This document shows positions 24,381 to 37,479 of a stretch of 64,000 nucleotides of DNA, piece by piece (the first letter of the stretch is position 1; each line of letters begins with the position of its first letter). The translations under genes and the position numbers were made by a program. The stretch covers positions 31,620,001-31,684,000 of the forward strand of contig OX597831.1 of assembly GCA_951406725.2 (NCBI GenBank), read 5' to 3'. Source of the stretch: Octopus vulgaris (taxonomy: Eukaryota). A model generated the notes under the pieces. The model saw only the letters and a program-made list of their open reading frames with translations. It did not search any database and was not told where the DNA came from.

Positions 24381-25939
24381 ATATATATATTAGTCTTATT
24401 AATGCAGCTGCCAAATGTGAAAGTAAAGGAACTGCTTGAATAGCATTTTGCTCTGATGTGGGGTTGTATACACAAAATTGATTGGCAAATGCGTTTCCAT
24501 GTTCCAGTCTACAAGAACATGTTGGAAATAACTGTAGACAGCTCCATTTGCTTCTATTTTCATGGAAACATTTTATCATTGTAGGTGGTAACGAACAGAG
24601 ATTGTATTATTATGTGCATGGCCTCTCTCTCTCTCTGTATACATACATAAAATGCATTTGAATGTAATCATTTTGTTCATAATCCCATGTGACTTGGTAG
24701 CAAAAGAAGTAATCCTTCTTCTCCCTCACTGCTCACCTCCTTGTTTGTTATAACGGAGTAAAGGAACTGCATTCAGTCACTGTCTTCTCCCATTTTATCA
24801 TCATTGACTCTTGGTTATACAAGAACAGATTAAAAAGAAAGGTAAACTGTTCTGTTTACTTCTATTTTCATGCAAACGTTTTATGAAATGCAGTAGGGTA
24901 TTTAAATGCCATTTGCTATCACCTTAAAACCACAAATTATTCACTATTAAAACACACATGGCGAACGCAACAAGCATAACAGAAATAGGCTTCACCTTGT
25001 ATGAACTACAGAAGCTCTTCAGCCAGATTTCACGCCAAGCATCTATTTCTGAAATATTCATCACATTATTCTGTGTATGTTCTTTCCTTTGAATGCCCCC
25101 TTGACATTCAAAAGCAAACATAAAAATGAGCCAGTATCTATAGAATTAATTATGTATCATTACCATTATTAATAATAATAATGATGATGAGAATAAAGTG
25201 GCATGCAAATATATACCTTTAAAGGTATAAAATTGCTAGCCACTTTATTATTCTTTTCTACTATAAGCACAAGGCCCTGAATTTGGGGGGAGGGGGGGCC
25301 AGTCGATTAGATTGACCTAGTACACAAATAGTACTTAATTTCTTGACCCTGAAAGGATGAAAGTTATGGAAACATGCACACGCCAAAAAATACCGAGACA
25401 TTATGACAATTAAATTGTTTTATTTAAGCCTCGCCACATGCAAAACTGGAATAGTACAGAGTTTAGAGCATCAAATTTATGAATTGATGCAGATTTAAAT
25501 TTGCCAAGTTATTAAAGTAGGGGTCGTGAAATTTAAAAAGGGTTGGGGTATGTTGGCAGTTCTGTATAATCCAGAAAGGGTTTCTTAGTCATAAATCAGG
25601 AGTTACTGGGTACCTGGGTAGTTGACTCCATTTGGCGTCATTGCTGGTGCTTGCTAAATTGTTCCATGTTGCATTCATCAAAGTTGTTACCATGTGCGAT
25701 ACAGGCTTGTGCTAGTTGTGATAAGTCGTATCTACACAGGATGACGATTCTAATCTCCTGATGTGTTCAGTTCTGGCTTTGACAAGTTTTCTTTCCTTGG
25801 TAGGTAATAGTGTCTGCTTCAGTGACTGTATATCTGTAACTTCATTTGAGTTTATTGGGATGTTATATTTGGAAATATTCATTACTTACAAATTTCTCTA
25901 TATATGGTTTCCAAACCGTGAGCCACACGAGTTGTCTGA

Positions 25940-26780
25940 GATCCACTTTTCCCCATTTTAAATGTGTCGTTTTCATGTAGAACCTGTTCTACCTGGTCCA
26001 CTCCATCTTGTCTCTCCACCTGCTCTGCTTGTTGCTTCTTCTGAGTGCACCATGTCTTCATGTGGCCCTTTTCTCCACATGAAAAACATATCGGCAGCCT
26101 GCCTTCCACTATAACTCTCAGTCTCACATCTTCTGGGAGCACAATCTCATCCACCACACTGTTCAAGTCCCCCTTGTTGCCTGAATTGTCAATTCTATGC
26201 TGTATCCCCAGTAGTTAACCTTCTGGGTCATTGTAACCTTCAAAATCTTCCCATCCTTCATGTTATTCGTTATGGCTGTCATTAGCCATGCTTCTTTCAG
26301 TTTGGGTGGCACCTTACCCACTCGCACTTTGGCTACACATTTGCCACAGTATGAAAGCAAAAACACCCATTTCTCTGACGTTATTGCCTCTGTGGATTGC
26401 TTTACTGCTTCCTCCTCTGTTGCGAAGCGCACCTCCACAGTGGCATATCTTCTCCCTCTTGTTGTGAATGTTGTAAATCTTTTGATGTCCTTGATGCATT
26501 CTTGTATTGCCTCTATAGAGGCAATCTCTATTTTTCTTGTAGCTGCCTTCATGGTTTTATACACCACTGTTCTCTTTGTCATATTGACCGATAACTCCTC
26601 CGGTAGCGTTAGCTTCAGTGTGTTTCCTTCCTTTGTTATCAATTTTTCACACTCTTTCATCTTTCAAAGTTCTATTTTTATCTCGCAGACCTCCAACTCT
26701 TGCACATCTACTCCCTTTCCAGTTGCGGCCGCATAACTTAGGCCTCCTTCTGGTGCCTTCTCCATCTTCCCACAATGGGA
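25940..26780 (-). mobile_element. Second Tx1/L1-like ORF1 (CCHC knuckle), frameshifted
   Basis: TRGRRYATVEVRF and VEGRLPICFSCGEKGHMKTWC parallel the 17-kb ORF1. Confidence 0.7.
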
Positions 26781-27289
26781 AGCAAAACAACAATTAAATT
26801 ATCAACAATGGTAACAATTTGAACAACAGTGGCAACAAGTCAATTAGCAATTCAATAAAAATTGCAGCATTAACTCACGTAAACAAAGTCTGGAACCGAA
26901 AGACATCGACTCGATGTTGAAGCTACCGTCTTATACCATACTATCAGCTCACCAGAATATTCGGAAGAGACTGTCTCACGTGACCTTATCAGAAGGCTAC
27001 AATTGGTTCGGTTGCACATTGGCGTGTAACAGCAACAGAAAAATGTGTGCCAATACCAACCAATCAGAGTAGTAGACGCAAAAGGGTAGCTGAAGGCTAG
27101 GTGTTATCTACTGCGTCCGTACTCATGTATATATGATAGAGAGAGTTCGCTACAGAAGTAATATTCACTCTGAATGTGAATAGGGCCTCCAAACACCCAT
27201 CCTATTTTGTAGCATTCTTCTGTCTTATGGTGGCTGGCTTGCACTGTTCACTTTCTCTGCAAAACTTCTTCTTATACACCTCTTCTTGT

Positions 27290-27460
27290 GGCCTTTTGCC
27301 ATTGTTCAGTCACTTTATGCTCTCTGCCACTGCATCAATCTGTACTCTGAGTGATTGGTTATGACACCCTGTATCACTGCCCTCCACACCTAGTGGCCAC
27401 TTGGAGAGTATGTGTCTCATTGTTCCAGCTTTTCCACATTTGCGCAGACTGCTCTCCTTA
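27290..27460 (-). mobile_element. Short HERO/NeSL-like non-LTR relic (CCHC motif before the RLE domain)
   Basis: KCGKAGTMRHILSKWPLG.EG...HNQSL resembles the HERO-type C..GTLEHIL..CP....GRY.WRH.QVL motif. Confidence 0.45.
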
Positions 27461-28539
27461 ACAAGGGAAAAGTTTGGGGTAGGGGCAGGAATGAAACCAA
27501 GTTTTTGTTGTTTTTTGAGGGTTTTTTTTCTTTCTAAGCAGTCATCTTCAGTGATGAGTTTGATAGATGGGAAGGAGAAAAGGGAAGTTTTTCTTTTTTT
27601 TTTTTTTAGTGAGAAAGAGAAAGAAAACATTTACGATAAGAATTCAAGTTTTCTTTAGTAAATCTGCTTGCAGCTGCTGATACTGGTTGATACATTCATA
27701 TTGTATTATCTACTACAAAAAATATGGAAGATTATCTTAAAACTGAATAAAGCCAATGATCAGGGGTGGGTAAAATTCAACACTTGACAATTTGTCCTCT
27801 GAATGGCATAAAATGTGTAAATACTGGTGTGTTTGCAAGGGTGGTTGGAACAACTGAATGTTGAAATGAATTTTGTAAATCTTTCGCAACAACTAAACTC
27901 TGTAAAAACTTTGTGGAATAAAGCAGGAATTTTTAAGAAAATACTTTTTAAAAAATTTTCCTGTTATATTCTTTAAAGAACTCTTGTGCAGATACATTTT
28001 ATTTTGTGGACAATGTCAGTAAGATGGTCACAACAAACTGACATTGACAGTATGACACTTTGAGGTCCTGTTATGTGTTGTTAAATGGTTTTAAAATAAA
28101 CTACAATAAAAAACTAAAAGTTTTGTTCTTGTTTTTTTTTTTTTTTTTTCTTTGATTTTCTTCATAGAAAGATGTTTCAAAAGTCCATCAGAATTCATCT
28201 CTTTTACTGTGCAGAACACTCCTTGTGAAACATTGTGGCCTCAAATTCATTTTTGACTTATGGAAAAGACCTCTCTCCCAAACAGTGACAATTAAACTAA
28301 GAATTAGTCACATGAATGCTTCCACATTATGGAGAGCCATCTGATATTTTTTTTTTTTTGCTCTACCTTGTATGTAATTTGATAAAGATATGTTTGAGGC
28401 AGAGATTGCTGTGCTGTAAGTGTTTGGCTTTGCCTTTTGTACAAAGGACCGCACAAACATCCAGGAGTAATTTTCAGGTCAACATCTGGATTCTATCAAA
28501 ACTTCAACAACTTCCTGAATCTCTTTCTGAGATGATGTC

Positions 28540-29830
28540 AGATTAGCAAGAAAGAAAACCATTTGTGCAACATCACTGTAAATTTGGTAAACCATTTTCA
28601 GATGTTTCCTAATAGTTGAAGACAACTTATCAATATGTGAAATATCAAGTATGGAATCTATTGATCAGCTGAAATGTCCAACGTTTTTCATGTCTGCAAA
28701 AGTTGCATTGTTAACATTTTTGGTCAAGGGTTGATCAGTGCGTCCATGCTGCCAACAAAGCACGCGGAATTCTGTTCTTGATTCGACGGTCATTCGGAAT
28801 GCTCACAGCAGCCATATTCCTACCGCTCTATGTCATGCTGGTGAGACCCATATTGGAGTACAGGATTCAAGCCTCTTCTCCTTATCTCCTCAAAGACATA
28901 CAGCATCTCGAAAGAGTCCAGAAGCTGGCTACCCGCATGGTTCTTGGTCTCAAGAATTTGTCTTATGAAGAAAGGCTGAAGACGCTCGACCTTTATTCTC
29001 TAGAAAAACGACGACGCTGTGGAGATCTCATTCTTGCTCACAACATCATAAGCGGAAAGGGTAACCTCTCGAAAGAGCTGTTCTTCACTCCTGCTCCAGA
29101 GCGTCGGCTGTGGGGTCATTCCGAAAAGCTCTATCTGCAACGATTTCATCTCAATCGAAGGAGAGGGGCTTTCTCTGTCTGGGTTGCGGATCTGTGGAAT
29201 AAGCTGCCAGACGAGATGGTGAAGATGCTGATGACCGCTCAGTTCAAAGTCTCCCTTGACCTCAAGTGGCCTGAACTCTTTACATGAACACCACCCTGTA
29301 CATAACTCCATGTCCCCCTACATGGCCTTGCTTTTTGCTTTTTGAGCCAAAAAATTAACTAACTAACTAACTATAATTTCCATATTGATTCTTATGAGCC
29401 AGAAAAAAAAATCAATCAAATTTTGCTGCTAGTTTTAAAAGATTAAGCCATGTTCTTCAAGACTGCATATTCTAACAATAAGTCTCTTTATGAATGCTAT
29501 CGCTGCCCCTGTTTTGTTTTTATAGGTTTCTCTAGCTTTGAAGTCAACATTTGCCCTTGCTCCTTTGTTAGCTTGCTCAACATGACATTCCTGTGTTTTC
29601 CTGAGTTTCCATGAATTAAGATAGGGCATAAATTTCACCTGTCATCAATACCCTTTAGAATCTATAACTGAAGCAGACGATGCAAAGTTAGGAAAGAATT
29701 TACAAACAAAACAATAAACCCAGTCTTTTGAAAGAGAAATAAACAAACCATTTGTCTGTGTGGTTCCCCATTGAATTTTGTTGACTAATAGAGCTTTTAT
29801 GCAAAACCTGGCATACTTTTCATGCATTCA
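28540..29830 (-). mobile_element. Degenerate hAT transposase (TTF-type Zn finger), interrupted by a LINE fragment
   Basis: WVYCFVCKFF...HENSGKH at 29.6-29.8 kb; GHFS*SIDSILDISHIDKLS at about 28.65 kb. Confidence 0.6.
28755..29372 (+). mobile_element. CR1/L2-type LINE 3' end with (AACT)n tail
   Basis: LVRPILEY, LERVQKLAT, SYEERL..L.LYSLEKRR..GDLI, WNKLP; tail aactaactaactaact. Confidence 0.9.
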
Positions 29831-29852
29831 CTTGGAATTTAAAAATAAACCA

Positions 29853-29983
29853 CAACATGGTTCCGGGTTCAGTCCCACTGCGTGGCATCTTGGGCAAGTG
29901 TCTTCTGCTATAGCCCCGGGCCAAACAATGTCTTGTGAGTGGATTTGGTAGACGGAAACTGAAAGAAGCCCGTCGTATATATG

Positions 29984-30016
<33 letters not shown>

Positions 30017-30236
30017 ATGTTTGTGTGTCTGTGTTTGTTCCCCTAGCATTGCTTGACAACCGATGCAGGTGTGTTTATGTCCCCGTCACTTAGCGGTTCG
30101 GCAAAAAGAGACCGATAGAATAAGTACTGGGCTTACAAAAAAGAATAAGTCCCGGGGTTGAGTTGCTCGACTAAAGGCGGTGCTCCAGCATGGCCGCAGT
30201 CAAATGACTGAAACAAGTAAAAGAGTAAAAAGAGTA
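29853..30236 (+). mobile_element. tRNA-SINE family A, well conserved copy
   Basis: B-box-like 'gggttcagtccc'; internal TA/TG microsatellite; (AAAAGAGT)n tail. Confidence 0.85.
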
Positions 30237-30528
30237 ATGACAAACATAAGAGGGGGTTCTCCTCTATTCAATAAGGTTCTTTATGATGTAATAATCCCAT
30301 TGGCAAACTAACATCTGTTAAGGTAAGTCTGTATTTAGCATCGGCTGACCTGTACAAGGAATACTTTGGACTTGGCCTATCATACCTATTGTGAAATGGA
30401 AATTCTGATGACCTATGATATCTTCTTGTGGTTCTTTAAATCTCTCCACGTCTGGTAAGTGACTCTTCAATTCTATATTTTCAGTTTGAGCCATCATGGT
30501 TGCCACTTCATAATCAGTTCATTGTTCT

Positions 30529-30899
30529 ATCCGAATCGTGGCCGATGCCAGTGCCGCCTCGACTGGCTTCCGTGTCGGTGGCACGTAAAAAGCGCCATCC
30601 GAATCATGGCCGAAGCCAGTGCCGCCTCGACTGGCTTCCGTGCAGGTGGCACGTAAAATGCACCAATCCGACCGTGGCCGATGCCAGCCTCACCTGGCAC
30701 CAGTGCAGGTGGCACGTAAAAAGCACCCACTACACTCACGGAGTGGTTGGCGTTAGGAAGGGCATCCAGCTGTAGAAACATTGCCAGATAAGACCGGAGC
30801 CTGGTGCAGCCTTCTGGCTTCCCAGATCCCCGGTCGAACCGTCCAACCCATGCTAGCATGGAGAACGGACGTTAAACGATGATGATGATGATGATGATG
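30529..30899 (+). mobile_element. RTE 3'-UTR short element with (GAT)n tail
   Basis: Three GGTGGCACGTAAAA subrepeats and terminal 'ggacgttaaacgatgatg'. Confidence 0.85.
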
Positions 30900-31476
30900 T
30901 TCCACATCTTGTAATTCTGTTTCCGTTTCAGAGAGGTTGTTCTTCTGGTTGGAAACTAGTGGATGGCACTGGGTATCTCCACCAGACTGGCTTCCCTGTA
31001 TTAGTATCAATGTCTCTGCTTCAGAGCTGGCACTTGTTTCCGTCCATGGCTGATACAAGAAAACACAGATTCGTCTTGACTTTTCACCATTCTACAAGCA
31101 CCATCTTAAAATCTTTTAATCTGACGATAATCAGAAAATAGATACAGTAATCTCTTGCTACTTGCACGGCTGTTTTTTTCAAAATATTGATCTTACTGTT
31201 TTCCTAGAAGTGTAAGATCAATACAAAAATCAATGCTAGTGCCATTTTATTGGCTTAAATCAATATTATTCTGAAATGGAGGGCAAGGAAAGTGTTTGGA
31301 GACTACAGTGTATTACGAGAGAATATGTAGGTGGGGACTGTGACATTGTGGACATTGATATACACCTTCGTTAGAGGCTTCTCAGATATTGTGACCTTCA
31401 GTTTCAGCCTGCCAAGTCTATCGGGAAACCAATCACTGTATGTATGTACACGTATGTTTGTGTATGTATGTATGTA

Positions 31477-31868
31477 TCATCATCATTTAACATCCGTTTT
31501 CCATGCTAGCATGGGTTGGACGGTTTGACCGTGGTCTGGAAGCCATGGAGGCTGCCAGGCTCTAGTCAGATTTGGCAGTGTTTCTACAGCTGGATGCCCT
31601 TCCTAACGCCAACCACTCCGTAAGTGTAGTGGGTGTTTTTTTATGTGCCACCGGCACAGGGGCCAGAGCGGGCTGGCAAACGGCCACGATCGGTTGGTGC
31701 TTTTACATGTCATCGACACAGACGCCAGTCAGGTGGCGCTAGCATTTGCCACGTTCGGACAGTGCTTTTTACATTGTCACCGACACGGGTGTCTTAACTA
31801 CAATTTCCATTTGAATTTTTATTTTGATGTTGATGTACTTGACTCAATAGGGCTCCTCAAGAACAGCG
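31477..31868 (-). mobile_element. RTE 3'-UTR short element
   Basis: Same family as 30529, antisense. Confidence 0.8.
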
Positions 31869-32219
31869 GGTATATATATATATATATATATAGTGTTCAG
31901 TCAAAAGTTTTGGTAACTTATTTGCTTTATTCATAAAGGCAGCCAAGCGTTCAAAGTAGAGGCCATCTTGTTGCACTGTCTGAAGCCACTTTTCTGTCAG
32001 TTCTTTGATCCCATGTTGATGTATATGTACTTCATTTTCTATGTTTGCATGGGCCAAATGGAGTTTGTTGAGGCAAATTTTCTATGGTTGGGTGCCTTTC
32101 CTGTCATTCACCCTCACCTGCTGGACATCTTTTTCATGGAAGACTAGAAACGAACAACATTTTGCATGTATGACTCATTAACATGCATCATCTGATGCCA
32201 AACAAAAAGAAAACACACA

Positions 32220-32410
32220 TGTGGGATGCTGAAAAGTTCCTGACTTTAAAGGTATCGTGAAAGGCCTAGCTGGAGGTCCAACCTTCTTTTACAGAGCTTA
32301 GAAAAACTGAAGACCTGCTGCAATAAGTGTGTGAAACTGAGAGGGGAATATGTTGAATAAAATCATAATTTACTGATCCTCCTGTATTTTTCTTTACTCA
32401 AACACCTCCC
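32220..32410 (+). mobile_element. Mariner-derived MITE (related copies at about 46703-46918 and 54640-54800)
   Basis: Encodes a mariner C-terminus 'LEKLKTCCNKCVKLRGEYVE*'; the 46.7-kb copy shows both TIRs (gaggtgttgctgaaagg...tttttcaacaccttg). Confidence 0.7.
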
Positions 32411-32428
32411 TTTTATATATATATATAT

Positions 32429-32806
32429 AGGCGCAGGAGTGGCTGTGTGGTAAGAAGCTTGCTTCCCAACCACATGGTTCCAGGTTCAGTCCCACTGTGT
32501 GGCATCCTGGGTAAGTGCCTTCTACTGTAGCTTCGAGCCGACCAGAGCCTTGTGAGTGGATTTGGTAGACGGAAACTGAAAGAAGCCCGTCGCATATATG
32601 TATATATATTATGCGTGTGTCTCTGTTTGTCTCCTCTCACATCGCTTGACAACCGATGTTGGTGTGTCTGTGTCCCCATAACTTAGCGGTTCGGCAAAAG
32701 ACTGATAGAATAAGTACTAGGATTACAAAGAATAAGTCCTGGGGTCGGCTTGTTCAAATAAAGGTGGTGCTACAGCATGGCCACAGTCAAATGACTGAAA
32801 CAAGTT
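32429..32806 (+). mobile_element. Full-length tRNA-SINE family A
   Basis: Starts 'aggcgcaggagtggctgtgtggtaag' (A box) with 'ggttcagtccc' (B box). Confidence 0.85.
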
Positions 32807-33217
32807 CAATGGACTTCTTTCAGTGCAATAATTATATTTATCTCTGTTGAATATTATCAAATAATATTCCACATACAATGAGGAAAGCGGAAACAGTTAA
32901 CAACAGTAACAACAAAAAATAAAACATATTATTTATCTCCCTAACAAGTGTGCTATATCTTCACATCCTTTTTTTTTTTTGCTTTGTTTACCTTTGTACT
33001 ACGGTACGGATGGGTAGACAGAACAAAACTGCCACGGTATCATTCGTGGCTGAGCTGTGCGACAAAACTGGTCGCTGTCCTAAAATAGAACATTGCCCGG
33101 CAAATCACATCTGTCATCTATGCACAAAACTAAGAAAATTCCTTCCGAAATAGATGGGTTGAATGCAGTAAATGTCGTGTTTTGATCTGCTTTCAATGTG
33201 CCACAAACTTTTAAAAG

Positions 33218-35306
33218 ATCCCAGGCCCTATACAGAGAGGCCTTTAGTAAGGTTAGGATTGGAAATGAGTATACTGAAGAATTCCGGGTAGAAGTAGGGG
33301 TCCACCAAGGATCAGCCTTCAGTCCCCTTTTATTCATCATAATCCTCCTGGCAATAACAGAGGAATTCAAGACGGGTTGCCCCTGGTAGCTCCTCTATGC
33401 TGATGACCTGGCCCTCATAGCAAAATCACTACCAGAACTAAAGAAATTTTGGGTGTGGAAGCAAGGTTTAGAATCGAAATGCCTTAGGATCATGTTGCAA
33501 AGACCAAAATTCTAGTAAGTAGGAAGGCGAACACATCACACACCCACACAGGAAGGTGACCCTGCTCGATCTGTAGAAAAGGTGTAGGTAGAAACTCCAT
33601 AATATGTACCCAGTGTACATTGACTGGGAAGATAGCTTTCGTGTGTAGCAGATGAACCAGAGCAATAAACACCACAGATGCTCAGAAAACAGATTACATT
33701 ACATTCCTGGGGAAGAAACCAGAAGTAGTTGATAGCTTCTGCTACCTAGGTGACCAAGATTCAAGACAGGATGCCCCTGGGAGCTCCTCTATGCTGACGA
33801 CCTTGCTCTAATTGCTAATTCACTATCAAAACTAGAGAAGTTTCAGGTGTGGAAACAAGGATTAGAATCAAAGGGCCTTAGAGTCAACCTAGCTAAAATC
33901 AAAGTCCTAATAAGTAGGAAGGCAAACAAACCACAAATCTGTTCAGGTAGATGACCCTGCTTGACCTGTAGAAAAGGCACAAGTAGAAACTCTATAAGAT
34001 GTACCCAGTGGAAGCTATGGATACATAAGAGGTGTAGCAATATCTGGGAGGATAGTTTTTGTATGTGGCAGATGTTCAGGAGCAATAAACACTGAAAATG
34101 TGCAGAGAACAACTTTTGCCACATTCCAGCTATCAACTAGAAGTAGTTGATAGCTTCTGTTACCTCGGTGACCAAGTCAGTAGCGGGAGAGGGTGCACTG
34201 AAAGTGTAGCTGCTAGAATAAGAATAGCCTGGGCAAAGTTCAGAGAGCTGTTACCTCTGCTGGTGACAAAGGGCCTCTTGCTCAGAGTAAAAGGTAGACT
34301 GTATGATGCATGTGTACGAACAGCCATGCTATATGGCAGTGAAACATGGGCTGTGACTGCAGAAGACATGCGTAAGCTTGCAAGGAATAAAGCCAGTATG
34401 CTCCGATGAATGTGTAATGTCAGTGTGCATAATTGACAGATTGTAAGTACCTTGAGAGAAAAGTTGGACCTAAGAAGCATGAGATGTGGTGTGGAAGAGA
34501 GACAACTGCGCTGGTATGGTCATGTGGTAAGAATGGATGAGGATAGCTGTGTGAAAAAGTGCCACACCCTAGTGGTTGAGGGAACCTGTGGGAAAGGTAG
34601 ACCCAAGAAGACCTGGGATGATTGTTGAAGCACGACCTTCGAATATTAGGCCTTACCAAGGCAGTGACTAGTGACCAAGACCTTTGGAAATATGCTGTGC
34701 TTGATAAGACCCTGCAAGCCAAGTGAGACCATAACCTGTGGTTTATACCAGCAGTGTAACTAGCCCACTTATGCATACCTTTCCTTCATTGGACACTAAA
34801 CTCTGCTTGCGAAGACCTGTTGAGGCAAGTGAAATCGAAATCAAATTCGATGACTGGCATCTGTGCTAGTGGAGAGCTAAGAGCACCATCCGAGCATGAT
34901 CATTGCCAGAGCGGCTAACTGGCTTCTGTGCCAGTAGCATGTAAAAAGCATGATTCAAGTGTGATCATTACCTGCGTAGCCTTACTGCCACTTGTGCTGG
35001 AGGTATGTGAAAAAAGCATTCAAGCGAGGTCGTTACCAGTGCCGCTGGACTGGCTCCTGTGCAGGTGGCACATAAAAAACACCATTTGAGCACGACCGTT
35101 GCCAGTACCGCCTGGCTGGCCCTTGTACCGGTGGCATGTAAAAGCACCTACTACACTCTCAGAGTGTTTGGCCTTAGGAAAAGCATCAAGCTGTAGAAAC
35201 TCTGCCAGATCAGATTGGAGTCTGATGCAGCCATCTGGTTCGCCAGACCTCAGTCAAATCGTCCAACCCATGCTAGCATGGAAAGCAGACGTTAAATGAA
35301 GATGAT
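33218..35306 (+). mobile_element. Two tandem, decayed RTE LINE 3' segments plus 3'-UTR
   Basis: GVHQGSAFSPLLF; LLYADDL appears twice (about 33390 and 33785); GRPKKTW; 3'-UTR ending gttaaatgaagatgatg. Confidence 0.9.
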
Positions 35307-35313
35307 GTGTGTG

Positions 35314-35344
<31 letters not shown>

Positions 35345-35619
35345 GTATATGTGTGTGTGTATATATATATATATGTGTGTGTGTATATATATATGTGTAT
35401 GTATATGTGTGTGTGTGTATATATATGTGTGTGTGTGTGTATACACGTGTGTGTATACATGTGTGTGTGTATACATATGTGTGTGTGTGTGTATACATAT
35501 ATGTGTGTGTGTGTACATGTATATATATGTGTGTGTATATATATGTGTATATATGTATGTTTATATATATATGTGCATTTATATATATGTGTGTATGTAT
35601 GTGTGTGTGTGTTTATATA

Positions 35620-35668
<49 letters not shown>

Positions 35669-35680
35669 ATGTTTGTATAT
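35305..35680. repeat. Compound (TA)n/(TG)n microsatellite
   Basis: Directly visible; source of spurious YIYI/CVCV ORFs. Confidence 0.95.
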
Positions 35681-35699
35681 GATGGCCATCCACTCATGA

Positions 35700-35984
35700 C
35701 CGAGAAAGGCTTTGAAGGACATTGTGCGCTCTAGGACTAACTTATATTTTGCATTTGCGGCTCCGTTGGTGGCTAATGAGCCTTGCTCTTGACAAACATA
35801 CACAACCACAAACATTGCAAACCAAGCTTTCTCCATTCACCATCCTAGTAGTGTGCTTTTGAGCAGCACGTTTAAGTTCTTCATGAAGAATACGTGCTCT
35901 TTCAAAGGTGGAGATCCCATCCTGAGCCTGCTTCCTCCATCTGTGGCTGTGACAGGCAATGCTTTCCCAGTCAGTCTCCTGCAT
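35700..35984 (-). mobile_element. RTE/BovB-like LINE 3' end with terminal Zn finger
   Basis: WESIA...WRK...G...FE...CNVCGCVCLSRARLISHQRSRKC. Confidence 0.65.
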
Positions 35985-36009
35985 ATATCTCTATATATAT
36001 AGATATATA

Positions 36010-36365
36010 GTTAATCCAAACATGAAAGCACAAAAAAACACAACAACGCGAGGACGTGGAACAAATATAGTATTATTGGACGCTCAGGAAAGAAGGAGTG
36101 TTTAACTTTTCAAGCAGAGCTCTTCGGCGGAAACATAGGAGAAGGAAAGATCCAGAGAAAGGAAGACAGAGGAAAACAAAAATTGCCAATGGTACACATG
36201 CGATGCATACATACAGTTGAGCACATAGGTACAAAACAAAGTGGAAAAAATAGTACTCAAATACCAAAAGTAGAGTAATATACTTTTTATTAAAGCTACA
36301 AAATTAGCACAGAATTATTACTTAGTTTCACATTCTTATTCGTCAGTTGTGATGAAAACTGAATT
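36010..36365 (-). mobile_element. Penelope pLTR-like relics with degenerate hammerhead cores
   Basis: Minus strand CTGACGA ATAAGAATGT GAAA CTAAG TA (about 36319-36346); shares 'gtggaaaaatagtactcaaatacca' with about 8009-8033. Confidence 0.4.
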
Positions 36366-36520
36366 ATATATATGCATGCATCTTTTATATTAGTGTGTTT
36401 GTATGTATGTTTATATGGTTTGCCTCATCTTCATTTTATTTTTCTTCCTTTCTAATGTTCGAAACTCCTCTGGTGGGGTGCCTCCCTAATGTATTTTAAC
36501 CACATAATATTAATCACCTC

Positions 36521-36750
36521 AGTGGCAAGCTGGCAGAATCATTAGCACACTGGGCAAAATACTAAGCGGTATTTCATCTGCCCTTTACGTTCTGAGTTCA
36601 AATTCCGCCAAGGTCGACTTTGTCTTTCATCCTTTTGGGGTCAATTAAATAAGTACCATTTTCTCACTGGAGTCCATGTAATTGACTTAATCCCTTTGTG
36701 TGTCTGTTTGTCCGTTCTATGTTTAGCCCATGGTGGGCAATAAAGAAATT
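36521..36750 (+). mobile_element. tRNA-SINE family C (other copies at about 49050, 61470, 62685)
   Basis: 'gagttcaaattccgccaaggtcgactttgtctttcatccttttggggtcaattaaataagtacca' recurs across copies. Confidence 0.75.
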
Positions 36751-37479
36751 AATATTAATCACCTCAGTCAAATCGTCCAACCCATGCTAGCATGGAAAGC
36801 GGATGTTAAATGATGATGATAATGATGATGAGTGATCAAAACCAAGAGTTAAGTAAATCAATGAATTCAAAATGAATGAAATTAATTGTCAAATCAATGG
36901 CTGTTTAGTTTTGTTTTTGTAACGATGCAATAACATATCTGTGAAAATATCGACGAGTTATTACACATCACAGACTAAGGTAAAAAGAAATGCCATCAAT
37001 ATTTCCCTCCCCCACCCCACTTCTCACAACATCTCTAATGTTGTTGACAAAGCCAGGAAAAGGAGGAGGAGTCCCATCAGTTAAAAAAACTGTGTGGTTT
37101 TGAATGTCCCAGTTCATTAAGGATTTGTCTCCTCCTTGTCCTAAAAGGAGGCTGTGGGTGTGTCTGCAAACTCCACACCTTCTGCTGATTAATTAATGGC
37201 AAAATATAGCTTTTATAAACAAATGTCAACAGCTAGAGGAGAGTTTATCGGAAAATGATTAAAAATGCAAAAGTGTGTTAAGCGTTACACTAACATGTTT
37301 GTGTACATTAGGTGCAAATAAATTTACTTAGGTATGTTAAATAGACGCACATTTAGTCAGGAAATGTAACAGGATCCAGTGTGACTAAAATATGTTTACT
37401 CAATGTATGTAAATATATTTATAAGATCAACATGCACACACATGCATGTGTGCTTGAATGTGTGTGTGTGTGTGTGTGT

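Noticed and set aside
32429-32505. tRNA genes at SINE heads
   Set aside because: A/B boxes are present but there is no intact cloverleaf; they continue into multi-copy SINE bodies
35254-35734. [12 protein letters not shown] ORFs here and at 46.8-47.2 kb and 60.4-61.1 kb
   Set aside because: Microsatellite translations
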